Origin: Corallococcus caeni
Lineage (GTDB): Bacteria > Myxococcota > Myxococcia > Myxococcales > Myxococcaceae
Strand: one strand, 5' to 3'
Length of the DNA stretch: 64,000 nucleotides
NCBI RefSeq assembly: GCF_036245885.1
Contig: NZ_BTTX01000008.1
The notes beneath the pieces are model-generated. The model saw only the letters and a list, made by a program, of their open reading frames with translations, had not been told where the DNA came from and searched no databases. The position numbers and the translations under genes are program-made. Shown here piece after piece: positions 10,350-18,855 of the stretch; position 1 is the first letter of the stretch; each line of letters begins with the position of its first letter.

Positions 10350-11041
10350 GCAGGTCGGCCCTGGGCCATTGGCTGCGCATCCGCGACAGCCTGGATGGGT
10401 ATGAGCCGGAGAAGCTCATCCGCCTGCTGCGTGAATACCTGGCACCGCGCGTGCCCCCGGGGACGCGCAAGCTCACGGACGAGCAGCACGACACGATGGC
10501 CAAACACATCCAGCGGCTGCTCCACCAGAACCTGGGGCCCTGGTACACGGAGACGGGCCTGTATCTGGGCAATGAGAGCTTCGGCGGCTACTGCTGGTGT
10601 CACCGCTTCTTCAGGCAGAAGCCCACGCCAAACATGGACGTGGAATACAACATCCAGCTCATGCTCGACGCGCTGGAGCGGTCGCGCCAATGGCTGTTCA
10701 AGCTGGACGCCCACTTCGAGGCGCTGAAGCGGGACCTGCCTTCGGGTCCGGACGACCACGACATCCGGACGCTCGCGCTGTCGGAGGGAATCGTCACCAC
10801 GATGAACCTCACCATGGAGGCCACGGGCTGTGAGGAGGCCTGGTCCACCTTCGCGGACGAGGCGCTGGCGTGGATGTTCGACGCCATCGGCCTGCGGCCG
10901 GGCTATCAGGCCGGCAAGCTGATGCGAAAGCTGTTCGCCTTCGAGTCCTGGCACTCACCCTCCGAGGAGGAGCTGCGCGGCTCGGCGGAGAAGGTGGCGG
11001 CGGCCGTCGTGGAGGACGAGGGCCACCGACACAAGCACTGA
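10346..11041 (+). CDS. Hypothetical protein, paralog B of the same unrecognised family
   Basis: 231 aa. Shares the core LGPWYxExGLxLGNExxGGYCWCHxFFxQxPxxxMDVxxNIQLMLxALERxR with paralog A. Start overlaps A's stop (ATGA). Confidence 0.6.
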   Translation: MSRSALGHWLRIRDSLDGYEPEKLIRLLREYLAPRVPPGTRKLTDEQHDTMAKHIQRLLHQNLGPWYTETGLYLGNESFGGYCWCHRFFRQKPTPNMDVEYNIQLMLDALERSRQWLFKLDAHFEALKRDLPSGPDDHDIRTLALSEGIVTTMNLTMEATGCEEAWSTFADEALAWMFDAIGLRPGYQAGKLMRKLFAFESWHSPSEEELRGSAEKVAAAVVEDEGHRHKH

Positions 11042-11058
11042 GCCGCGCGCCCGTCCCG

Positions 11059-11724
11059 TCAGTGGATGGGCTTCCCAGGCTTCAGCCGGGTCTTCTCGCT
11101 CGAGCCGCCCTTCACCTCGATGCGCTTGCCCTGGATCACCTGCTCCGGGAGCTTCAGGGAGATCTCCAGCACGCCGTTCTCGAAGTTCGCCTGCACCGTC
11201 TCCAAATCGATGTCTTCCGGAATCGGGATGACGCGGCGGAAGGAGCCGCTGCCGCGCTCCAGGCTCCAGACCCCTTCGGCCTCCTCTTCCTCCTCCACCT
11301 CGAAGCTGCGCTCGCCTTCAATCACGAGCAGGTCCTTCAGCAGCTCGACGTGGATGTCCTCCTGCTTCATGCCCGGCAGGTCCGCCTTCACGATGAGGTT
11401 GCCGTTCCGCTCCAGCACGTCCACCTGCGGCGACCAGAGGCCTTCCTCCAGCAGGCCACCGCGGAGGCCGAGGCCCCGGCCTCCGAAGCCGGTGACGAGC
11501 TGGTCCATGTCCTCCAGCATCCGCCGCAGCAATCCGAACGGGCTCGCGGGAATGGCCTCACGGCCGAGGGCCTGTGCAAGGGACTCGCGGCGGGTGATGC
11601 CAGCGCCCGTCCTGGGCTCCTGGGCCTGCAAGCCACCGCCCTGCACGTCGGGCTGGGCGTTCTTCACGCCGGGCGGGGAAGAAGGCCCCCCCTGGGCCCC
11701 CGGGTTCTTGTTCGCGGTTGCCAT
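11059..11724 (-). CDS. Hsp20/alpha-crystallin family small heat-shock protein with long Gly/Pro/Arg-rich N-terminal extension
   Basis: Alpha-crystallin domain (SPQVDVLERNGNLIVKADLPGMKQEDIHVEL...GVLEISLKLPE). A GGAGGA Shine-Dalgarno lies 7 nt upstream of the ATG at 11724. Confidence 0.75.
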   Translation of the reverse strand: MATANKNPGAQGGPSSPPGVKNAQPDVQGGGLQAQEPRTGAGITRRESLAQALGREAIPASPFGLLRRMLEDMDQLVTGFGGRGLGLRGGLLEEGLWSPQVDVLERNGNLIVKADLPGMKQEDIHVELLKDLLVIEGERSFEVEEEEEAEGVWSLERGSGSFRRVIPIPEDIDLETVQANFENGVLEISLKLPEQVIQGKRIEVKGGSSEKTRLKPGKPIH

Positions 11725-11890
11725 TGACGTCCTCCCCCGGTGGCGTCCGGCTGGCGCCCGGCCGCTGGACCGCCCCGGTGACTCGAGCGGGGATGGGATT
11801 ATCCCACCCTCCAAGTTGGCCGCGCCCCCGGGAGGCATCAAGGGTCCGGGGCTGGCGAGCCCCGGTGTCTGCCATTGGAGGGAGCCCCCG

Positions 11891-12778
11891 CTACGCGAGC
11901 AGCGTGGCGTCCATCACGGTCAGCGCCACGCCGCCCACGCGGGCGCGCTCGATGTGGCCCGGCCGCCCGGTGACCTGGATGTCGATGCGGCCCGGCTTGC
12001 CCAGCGTGTCGCCCTGCTCGATGCGGCTCGCCACCGTGCCGCCTTCCGCTGGCAGGCGAAGGCTCCCGTGCTCGGCGAGGTACGCCGCCAGCGGCCCTGC
12101 GGCGGAGCCCGTCACCGGATCCTCCAGGATGCCGAACCCCGGGACGAAGTAGCGCGCCTGGGCCACGCTCCCCTCCTCCTTCGCCTCACGGGTGAAGAGG
12201 TAGACGCCTCGCAAGCCGTGCGGCATCAGCAGCGCGTTCATTGCGGCGCCTCGCGGCGTCAGGGCCTCCAGGTCCGCGAGCCGCAGGAGCGGCACCACCA
12301 GCCGGTGGCCCTGGCGGATCACCGGCAGCGACGGGTCCACCTGCGCGGCCGTCCCGCCGAGCGTCGCCATCAGCGCCTCCAGCGCCACGGGGTTGGGCTG
12401 CACCGGCGGCTGGGGCGTGGTGATCCACACGCGAGTCCCACGGCCGCCCTGGGGCTCCAGCTCGATGGCGAACGTGCCGCCGGGGCACTCCAGCGTGTAC
12501 GTCCCCGGGCTCTTCAGCAGCCCCTTCTCCGCGAGCAGGTGGAAGGTGGCCACCGTGGCGTGGCCACAGAAGGGAATCTCGTCCACGGGCGTGAAGTAGC
12601 GCAGGCGCACGGTGGCGTCGCCGGGCCGGGACAGGAGGAAGGCGGTCTCCGACGCGCTGACGGCCGCGGCGGTCCGCTGCATCGTGGGGACGTCCAGCGC
12701 CGAGGCGTCGAGCACCACGCCCGCGCGATTTCCTGCACCGGCGGTGCGGGTGAAGGCATCGATGATGTGGACCTGCAT
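11891..12778 (-). CDS. PhzF-family (phenazine biosynthesis-like) isomerase
   Basis: MQVHIIDAFT...GNRAGVVLDA...ETAFLL...LRYFTP..EIPFCGHATVA are PhzF/DAP-epimerase-fold hallmarks. Confidence 0.8.
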   Translation of the reverse strand: MQVHIIDAFTRTAGAGNRAGVVLDASALDVPTMQRTAAAVSASETAFLLSRPGDATVRLRYFTPVDEIPFCGHATVATFHLLAEKGLLKSPGTYTLECPGGTFAIELEPQGGRGTRVWITTPQPPVQPNPVALEALMATLGGTAAQVDPSLPVIRQGHRLVVPLLRLADLEALTPRGAAMNALLMPHGLRGVYLFTREAKEEGSVAQARYFVPGFGILEDPVTGSAAGPLAAYLAEHGSLRLPAEGGTVASRIEQGDTLGKPGRIDIQVTGRPGHIERARVGGVALTVMDATLLA

Positions 12779-12922
12779 GGGCGGACTCCGGACAGGGGAA
12801 GGGCCTGGGGAACAGCGCAGGCATGCTCCGCTCCGGTGTTGCCGTCAAGCGCCGGACCGACGTGCCGGGACGCCGCACAACGGGGTTGAACAGGAGCGCG
12901 CAAGCAGGCACAGCGGTAGCAC

Positions 12923-13699
12923 ATGGGTTTCCTGAAGCGAGGTGGGTGGGTGGTGCTGGTGGTGCTGCTCCACGCGAGCGGCGCGGTGGCACAGATCGTC
13001 AACGTGCAGGCGCTCTTCGACGAGAAGGCGGAGCTGGGGCCGGCCGCGGCCATCGAGCTGGGCGGCGACTGGCGCACGGGCAGCACGCAGCTGTTCTCGA
13101 TTCGCGGCTCGCTGGTGGGGCAGCTGCGCTCGGAGCGTGAGGTCTGGCTGGGCGTCATCCGGGGTGAGTACTCGTTCGCCAGCGGCGAGCGGATCGTCAG
13201 CCAGGTGCTGGAGCACGTGCGCTACCGGCGCCCGTTCAGCGACCTGCTGTCGGGCGAGGTCTTCGCGCAGCACGAGTACAACGAGTTCCGCCGGCTCCAG
13301 CTCCGGATCCTGCTGGGCGCGGGTCCCCGCTTCGTGCTGTTCAACGAGGAGGCCACGGGGCTCACCTTCGGCGTGGCGCTCATGCTGGAGCACGAGCGGC
13401 TGCGCAAGGACGGCGAGCCGGACGCGGGAGACCGCTACACGGATCCGCGCGTGTCCAGCTATCTGCTGGGACGGGTGAGGCTGATGGAGAACATCCATCT
13501 GGTGGAGACGGTCTACTTCCAGCCGCGCGTCACCCGCCCCTCCGACCTGCGCGTGCTCAACGAGACGCTGTTCGCGGTGACGCCCAACCCCCGGGTCACG
13601 GTGGGCATCGGCTTCAACCTCACCTACGACAGCGCGCCGCCCGCAACGGTGCCGCCGCTGGACACACAGCTGCGGACCACCGTGGGCGTGAAGCTGTAG
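12923..13699 (+). CDS. Putative outer-membrane beta-barrel protein (DUF481-like) with signal peptide
   Basis: N-terminal signal peptide (LVVLLHASGAVAQ), alternating beta-strand pattern and C-terminal aromatic residues. Family call is tentative. Confidence 0.55.
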   Translation: MGFLKRGGWVVLVVLLHASGAVAQIVNVQALFDEKAELGPAAAIELGGDWRTGSTQLFSIRGSLVGQLRSEREVWLGVIRGEYSFASGERIVSQVLEHVRYRRPFSDLLSGEVFAQHEYNEFRRLQLRILLGAGPRFVLFNEEATGLTFGVALMLEHERLRKDGEPDAGDRYTDPRVSSYLLGRVRLMENIHLVETVYFQPRVTRPSDLRVLNETLFAVTPNPRVTVGIGFNLTYDSAPPATVPPLDTQLRTTVGVKL

Positions 13700-13714
13700 G
13701 AGTAGACTCCGGCC

Positions 13715-14566
13715 ATGGCCTCCCATCCCGTTCCCGCACCCGTCGCCCTCCTCGGAGGCGGCAAGCTCGCCGAAGCCATCATCCAGGGGCTGCTGCGCTC
13801 CGGCCACGCGCGCCCGTCCGACCTCCGCGTCACCGTTCGCCGGCCCGAGCGCGGCGAGGAGCTGCGCTCCCGCTACGGCGTGCACGTCCTCATGGACAAC
13901 GCGCAGGCGGTGCGCGGCGCGGCGGTGGTCCTGCTGGTCGTCCGACAGGCGCAGATGCGCGAGCTGATGGCGCTCATCTCCCCTGCCCTGGAGGCGGGGC
14001 AGGCGGTGGTGTCGCTGTCCGCGGACGTTCGGCTCGCGCAGTTGGAAGCGGCGCTGCCGTTCAGTGTCTCCGTGCTGCGCGCCATGCCCCACACGCCCGT
14101 GCGCGTGGGCGCGGGGGTGACGCCCCTGACGCCCGGGACGCGGGTGACGGAGACCGCGCGGCGGGCCACGGAGTCCCTCTTCGCGGCGACAGGCCGCCCG
14201 CTGTGGGTGTCCGAGGAAGCGCTCACGGTGTGCACGGGCGTGTCCGGCACGGGCCCCGCGTATGTCTTCCGGTTCGTGGAGGCGCTGGCCCAGGCCGCGA
14301 TGGCGCACGGGATGGACGCGGCGGAGGCGGCGGAGCTCGCGCGGGGAACGCTCATCGGCGCGGCGAAGCTGCTGGCCGAACCGGACGCCTCCACGCCACG
14401 GCTCATCGCGGAGGTGGCGACTCCGGGAGGCATCACCGAGGCGGGGCTGAAGACGCTGGAAGCCCAGGGCCTCTCCCGCGTCGTGGGTGAGGCGGTGTCC
14501 GTCGCCATCCAGCGCACGCGGGAGCGCGCGGACGCCTCCGCCGCGGCCTACGTCACGCCGAAGTGA
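13715..14566 (+). CDS. proC: Pyrroline-5-carboxylate reductase
   Basis: NADP-binding N-terminus (LLGGGKLAEAIIQGL) and ProC C-terminal dimerisation region (ATPGGITEAGLKTLE). Confidence 0.85.
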   Translation: MASHPVPAPVALLGGGKLAEAIIQGLLRSGHARPSDLRVTVRRPERGEELRSRYGVHVLMDNAQAVRGAAVVLLVVRQAQMRELMALISPALEAGQAVVSLSADVRLAQLEAALPFSVSVLRAMPHTPVRVGAGVTPLTPGTRVTETARRATESLFAATGRPLWVSEEALTVCTGVSGTGPAYVFRFVEALAQAAMAHGMDAAEAAELARGTLIGAAKLLAEPDASTPRLIAEVATPGGITEAGLKTLEAQGLSRVVGEAVSVAIQRTRERADASAAAYVTPK

Positions 14567-15231
14567 CGCTTGAGCCCCCGCTGGCCTCCAGGCGTGACGA
14601 TGAGGCCTCGGGAGTCGGGCTGACGCTCCACCCACCCCAGCGAGAACACCCGGGAGGCGAGCGCCGCGCCCAGCGCCCCCGCGAGGTGGTCGCGCCGCTC
14701 GCTCCAATCCAGGCAGCGGTGGGCGAAGTGGCGCCGCTGCTCACGCACGGGCTCCAGGTCGATGCCGAAGTCCTGGAACCAGGCCTCGCCGCTCGGGGTG
14801 AGTGCGAAGGCGTGACGGCGGAGGGACAGGTGCCCGGCCCGGAGCAGCGCGTCGGTGATGCCCATGCCCAACCGCCCCGCCAGGTGGTCGTAGCAGTAGC
14901 GCGCGGCCCGCAGGGGCTCCGGGGTCGCTGACGCACGGGGCCCCCGGACCGCCACGGTCATCAACGCTTCCACCATGCGCGCCACGGTGGGCGTGGCCAG
15001 GCGGAACACCTTGTTGCGTCCCTGCTTCGTGGAACGGACCAGTCGGGCCTGCTCCAACCGCTGGAGGTGCGCGGTCGCCGTCGCGGGGCTGACGCCCGTG
15101 CCGAACGCGAGCTCCTTGGCGACGAGCGAACGTCCCTCCATGAGCAGCTCCAGCATCCGGATCCGCGTGGCGTCCCCCACGGCTCCCGCCAGCGTCGTGA
15201 GGTCCGGCCCTGCATTCATCGTTCGGTCCAT
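14548..15231 (-). CDS. ArsR-family HTH transcriptional regulator with C-terminal extension
   Basis: Winged HTH (DATRIRMLELLMEGRSLVAKELAFGTGVSPATATAHLQRLEQARLV). Start codon verified on the reverse complement at 15229-15231. Confidence 0.65.
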   Translation of the reverse strand: MDRTMNAGPDLTTLAGAVGDATRIRMLELLMEGRSLVAKELAFGTGVSPATATAHLQRLEQARLVRSTKQGRNKVFRLATPTVARMVEALMTVAVRGPRASATPEPLRAARYCYDHLAGRLGMGITDALLRAGHLSLRRHAFALTPSGEAWFQDFGIDLEPVREQRRHFAHRCLDWSERRDHLAGALGAALASRVFSLGWVERQPDSRGLIVTPGGQRGLKRHFGVT

Positions 15232-15294
15232 GGCGAACCATTTCCTAGCACACGGACAGGGCTTCGGGAGGAGAGTGCCCGGAAGCGAGGACCG

Positions 15295-16413
15295 ATGACA
15301 CCGCCCACCGACCCGTATCAGGCCGTCACCCACCCCGACCCCTACCCGTACTACGCGGAGCTTCGCGCCCAGGGCGGACTGCACCGCATCCCCGGGTTCG
15401 CGCCATGGATCGCGGCGGACGGGGCGACCGTGCGCGCCGTGCTCACGAGCGAGCACTGCCGGGTCCGTCCGAAGTCGGAGCCAGTGCCTCCGCAGCTGGT
15501 GGGCAGCGCCGCGGGGGCCCTCTTCGGACGGCTGGTGCGCATGAACGACGGAGGCCCCTACCCCGCCGTGAAGCAGACCCTGTCGCGCGCGCTGCCGGAG
15601 GCGCTGCGGGAGGTGGAGACGGAGAGTCGGCGCCAGGCGGAACGGCTGTTCTCGGAGCCCTCCCTGTCACGGCTGCCGGACGCGGCGCTCCAGCTCCCCG
15701 TGTTCGTGCTGGCGTCGCTGCTGGGCTTCCCGGAGGACACGCTGGAGGAGACCGTGCGGGACGTGGAGGCCTATGTCCGCTCGGTCGCCGGGCCCACGGT
15801 GAGCAGCGAGGGCGCCGCGAGGCTGAACGAGCGCGTGGCGGCCTGTTTCCAGGCCACACCGAGGACCGCGTTCACGGCCCGGCTCATGTCGGGCCCTGGC
15901 GCGGAGGAGCTGCGCGTCCCCAACGCGGTGGGCCTGCTCACCCAGGCGTATGAAGCGACGGCCGGGCTCCTGGGGGCGACGCTGCGGGCCATCGCTCGCG
16001 AGCCCGCGCTGCGGGAACAGCTCTCCCGGGGCGAGTGCACACTCGACGACGTGGTCCAGGAGGCGATCCGCCACGAGTCGCCGGTCCAGAACACGCGGCG
16101 CTTCACCCATGCGGCGGCGACCGTCGCAGGGCAGGAGCTGGAAGCCGGGGCGACCGTGGTCATCGTGCTCGCCGCCGCGAACCGGGATCCGCTGGAGAAT
16201 CCGCGGCCCGACGCCTTCCTGCCCCGGCGCGTGGGTCGTCAGACCTTCACCTTCGGCCTGGGCGCGCATGCCTGTCCGGGGCCGCTGCTGGCGACGGCGA
16301 TGGCCACGGCGGCGGCGGAGCGCGTGCTCGCGACCGGACTGGACCTGTCACCGCTGTCGGGCGCCGTCACCTGGCGTGCTTCCACCAACACCCGCGTCCT
16401 GGGAGGACTGTGA
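15295..16413 (+). CDS. Cytochrome P450
   Basis: Heme-binding loop FGLGAHACPG and an ExxR-like region. 372 aa. The stop overlaps the next start (TGATG). Confidence 0.75.
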   Translation: MTPPTDPYQAVTHPDPYPYYAELRAQGGLHRIPGFAPWIAADGATVRAVLTSEHCRVRPKSEPVPPQLVGSAAGALFGRLVRMNDGGPYPAVKQTLSRALPEALREVETESRRQAERLFSEPSLSRLPDAALQLPVFVLASLLGFPEDTLEETVRDVEAYVRSVAGPTVSSEGAARLNERVAACFQATPRTAFTARLMSGPGAEELRVPNAVGLLTQAYEATAGLLGATLRAIAREPALREQLSRGECTLDDVVQEAIRHESPVQNTRRFTHAAATVAGQELEAGATVVIVLAAANRDPLENPRPDAFLPRRVGRQTFTFGLGAHACPGPLLATAMATAAAERVLATGLDLSPLSGAVTWRASTNTRVLGGL

Positions 16414-16757
16414 TGATTGCCGTTATTTTCGAGGTCTGGGCACACGAGGCGCATCGGCAGCGGTACCTGGACCTCGCGGCGGAGCTGCGGCCGCTGCTGG
16501 CAGGCATTGATGGCTTCATCTCCATTGAGCGTTTCCAGAGCCTGAGCGCGCCAGGAAAGCTGGTATCGCTCTCCTACTGGCGCGACGAGGCGGCGGTGGC
16601 GGAATGGCGGCGGCTGGAGGCCCACCGTGAAGCCCAGCGCGAGGGCCGCGAAGGCGTGTTCAGTGACTACCGCCTGCGCGTGGCGCACGTCGTGAGGGAT
16701 TACGGTTTGAAGGACCGGGCGGCCGTGCCCGCTGACAGTCGCTCCGTGCACGACTGA
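16413..16757 (+). CDS. ABM-domain monooxygenase (antibiotic biosynthesis monooxygenase family)
   Basis: MIAVIFEVWAHEAHRQRYLDLAAEL...LVSLSYWRDEAAVAEW. Translationally coupled to the P450. Confidence 0.7.
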   Translation: MIAVIFEVWAHEAHRQRYLDLAAELRPLLAGIDGFISIERFQSLSAPGKLVSLSYWRDEAAVAEWRRLEAHREAQREGREGVFSDYRLRVAHVVRDYGLKDRAAVPADSRSVHD

Positions 16758-16840
16758 GGCGGCCGTGGCACGGCGGCTGTCTTTCCGTCCGTCCCTCGCA
16801 TGCGGGCCATGCCTCCCCCACCTTCTCCTGGGGGTGCACG

Positions 16841-17239
16841 ATGAAGCGAGGGTCATGGAGAGGAGCCTGGGGACTGGCTGCCACGCTGCTTGGGGTTCCG
16901 GCGATGGGGCAACTCGAGGAGCCGCCCGAGAGCGCGCCGCAATACTCCTGCTTCGAAGCGGCACGCGAGGGCAGCGGAGTGAGCGAGAGCATCGCGGCCC
17001 AGCTCTGCCAAGGTGCCCGTTCGGACGCCCCGGCGAAGTGTTTCCAGCGGGTCCAGGAGCGAGCGTTCCTCGAGGATCCGCAAGCGCTCCAGCTCTGCCA
17101 GTACGCCCAGCCCTCGGATGATCCCGCGTCCTGTTTCCTCAAGGCGCGGAGGTCCTCGTTCGTGGACGAGCCACAGCTCCTGCTGCTCTGCCGCCCGCTC
17201 ATCGCGGATCAAATGAACATGTATCCCTACGGTCCTTGA
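16841..17239 (+). CDS. Small secreted Cys-rich protein with internal Cys-pair repeats
   Basis: Signal peptide, then repeated LCQ...CF units (AAQLCQGARSDAPAKCFQ / ALQLCQYAQPSDDPASCFLK). No family recognised. Confidence 0.45.
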   Translation: MKRGSWRGAWGLAATLLGVPAMGQLEEPPESAPQYSCFEAAREGSGVSESIAAQLCQGARSDAPAKCFQRVQERAFLEDPQALQLCQYAQPSDDPASCFLKARRSSFVDEPQLLLLCRPLIADQMNMYPYGP

Positions 17240-17606
17240 CTCAAGGGGCCGAGCGCCCGCCAATCGCAGGGAACCGCTCATAGGCGCGCAGGAGCGCGTC
17301 CAGGTGGACGGGGTTGTCCAGGTCGAGCGGCGCGTCGGTGAGCTGCACGACCCACCCGCCCGACTCCGTGCGACGCGACCGCGTCTGCCCCTTCCGACAC
17401 GGCTTCAAGCACAGCATTGGAGAGTCGCCACTCCAGCCGCAGACCAGGAAGCGCCCTCTCCATTCCAGCGCCCCCGCGTCACGGACGCGAGCGACCCGAG
17501 CTCCCCAGTCTCGCAGGGCTCGCGAGAAGCCCGTGGGAGGCTGACGGTGGCTCCGAGGTACGATGCCGCGGACCCATTCGTCGAACTCGAGAAAGGCACA
17601 GAGGCC

Positions 17607-18677
17607 ATGCCCAGAATCGAAGGGAAGCTCCACGGCGTGTTCTACGGCCACGGCGCGGTGCTCAAGAACAAGGACAAGATGGGCTTCACCGAGGGCAAGA
17701 ACATCATCTTCTACGGCCCGCCACAGACGACCCTCGCGGACGAGGTGGCCAAGTACGTCGTCCTCTACCTTCAGGGGTACCCCGACGTAGCGCCCATCCG
17801 GCAAGGGGACCTGGCGCGGATCTCGACCGCGAACTACGAGTCCGTCCGGAAGGCGAACTTCCCTCGAAGTATCGATGATCTGTCGCCGGAGCTGTGGGCC
17901 GCCGCGACCGTGCTGGCGGACTACCCCAAGGTCATCGGCAGCAACAGGACCTTCCCGGAGGTCTCCATCTCCGCGTTGGAGAGCGTGTCCATCTACGGCC
18001 TGCGTCCGCTGTTCGTCACGGAGTTCAATCACCCGACCCTGCTCTCGGAGGCCATCAAGGCCACGGAGTTCGAGGTCGTGCATGTGACGACATGCCAGGC
18101 TCAGTCATACACCGACGACCTGGTCCTCCTGCGCCCGGAGTTGTCCGCCTTCGCCGCCCGCACCCGGGTGCGAGCGGAGATCCGGGAGGAGGTCCATGCG
18201 CAGACGCTCGAAGAGCTCATGGCGGAGAAGGTCGGCCAGCCCTCCCAGCCGCCATCCTGGAACATGGGCGGCGTTTCGTCGACGCCGCGGGTGGATCCCT
18301 TCGCCAACCTGGGGCGCGGTCAGCCAGGACTGTCAGCGCCGTCCTTCGGCAGCCCGTCCTTCAGCAGCCCCTCCTTCGGTGGCAAGTCCTCGAGCTTCGG
18401 GAGTCAAGCCATGGGCTCTGGCGGCCCGCCGTTGGGATGGGGCCAGCAGAAGCCTCCCGCCCCGGTCATCCCCGTCCCCAAGTTCGCGTGCCACAACAAG
18501 GCCTGCAACCGCTTCGAGTCCTGGACGGGAGAGACGAAGTGCGGGGACTGCAACAAGGACAAATACGAGGTGCGCTATGTCTGCCAGAACTCGGGCTGCC
18601 CCGTGTACCAACGGGGGCAGAGCGAGTACCTGAAGACGACGGACACCTGTCAGTACTGTGGCGAGCGGATACGCTGA
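17607..18677 (+). CDS. Hypothetical protein: N-terminal globular domain, Ser/Gly/Phe-rich linker, C-terminal double zinc-ribbon
   Basis: C-terminus CHNKACNRF...CGDCNKDKYEVRYVCQNSGCPVYQ...CQYCGERIR has four CxxC-type pairs. Codon usage is coding-like but lower in GC than the neighbours. Confidence 0.55.
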   Translation: MPRIEGKLHGVFYGHGAVLKNKDKMGFTEGKNIIFYGPPQTTLADEVAKYVVLYLQGYPDVAPIRQGDLARISTANYESVRKANFPRSIDDLSPELWAAATVLADYPKVIGSNRTFPEVSISALESVSIYGLRPLFVTEFNHPTLLSEAIKATEFEVVHVTTCQAQSYTDDLVLLRPELSAFAARTRVRAEIREEVHAQTLEELMAEKVGQPSQPPSWNMGGVSSTPRVDPFANLGRGQPGLSAPSFGSPSFSSPSFGGKSSSFGSQAMGSGGPPLGWGQQKPPAPVIPVPKFACHNKACNRFESWTGETKCGDCNKDKYEVRYVCQNSGCPVYQRGQSEYLKTTDTCQYCGERIR

Positions 18678-18855
18678 TGAAGCCGTTCGTTCCCGGCGCG
18701 TAGCGCGTACAGCCGTCAGCGGAGGGGGGCACGCGAGGTGGGCGGGCAGGCGACCTCCATGTCCCCTGAAGCCATGCCGGGTCCCGGGATGCGCGGAACA
18801 TGGGACTTCCACTACGCTCCCGGCACCGCCTCAAGCCCGCGCCCCTGGAGTCCGC

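Noticed and set aside
12845-14707. 620-aa minus-strand ORF across the DUF481 and proC genes
   Set aside because: Antisense to two well-supported + strand genes, with Arg/Gly-rich composition.
17241-18083. 280-aa minus-strand ORF overlapping the start of the zinc-ribbon gene
   Set aside because: Most of it is antisense to a + gene with good coding statistics. Only its extreme 3' part (17241-17600) looks protein-like, so it is treated as a possible gene remnant rather than a feature.
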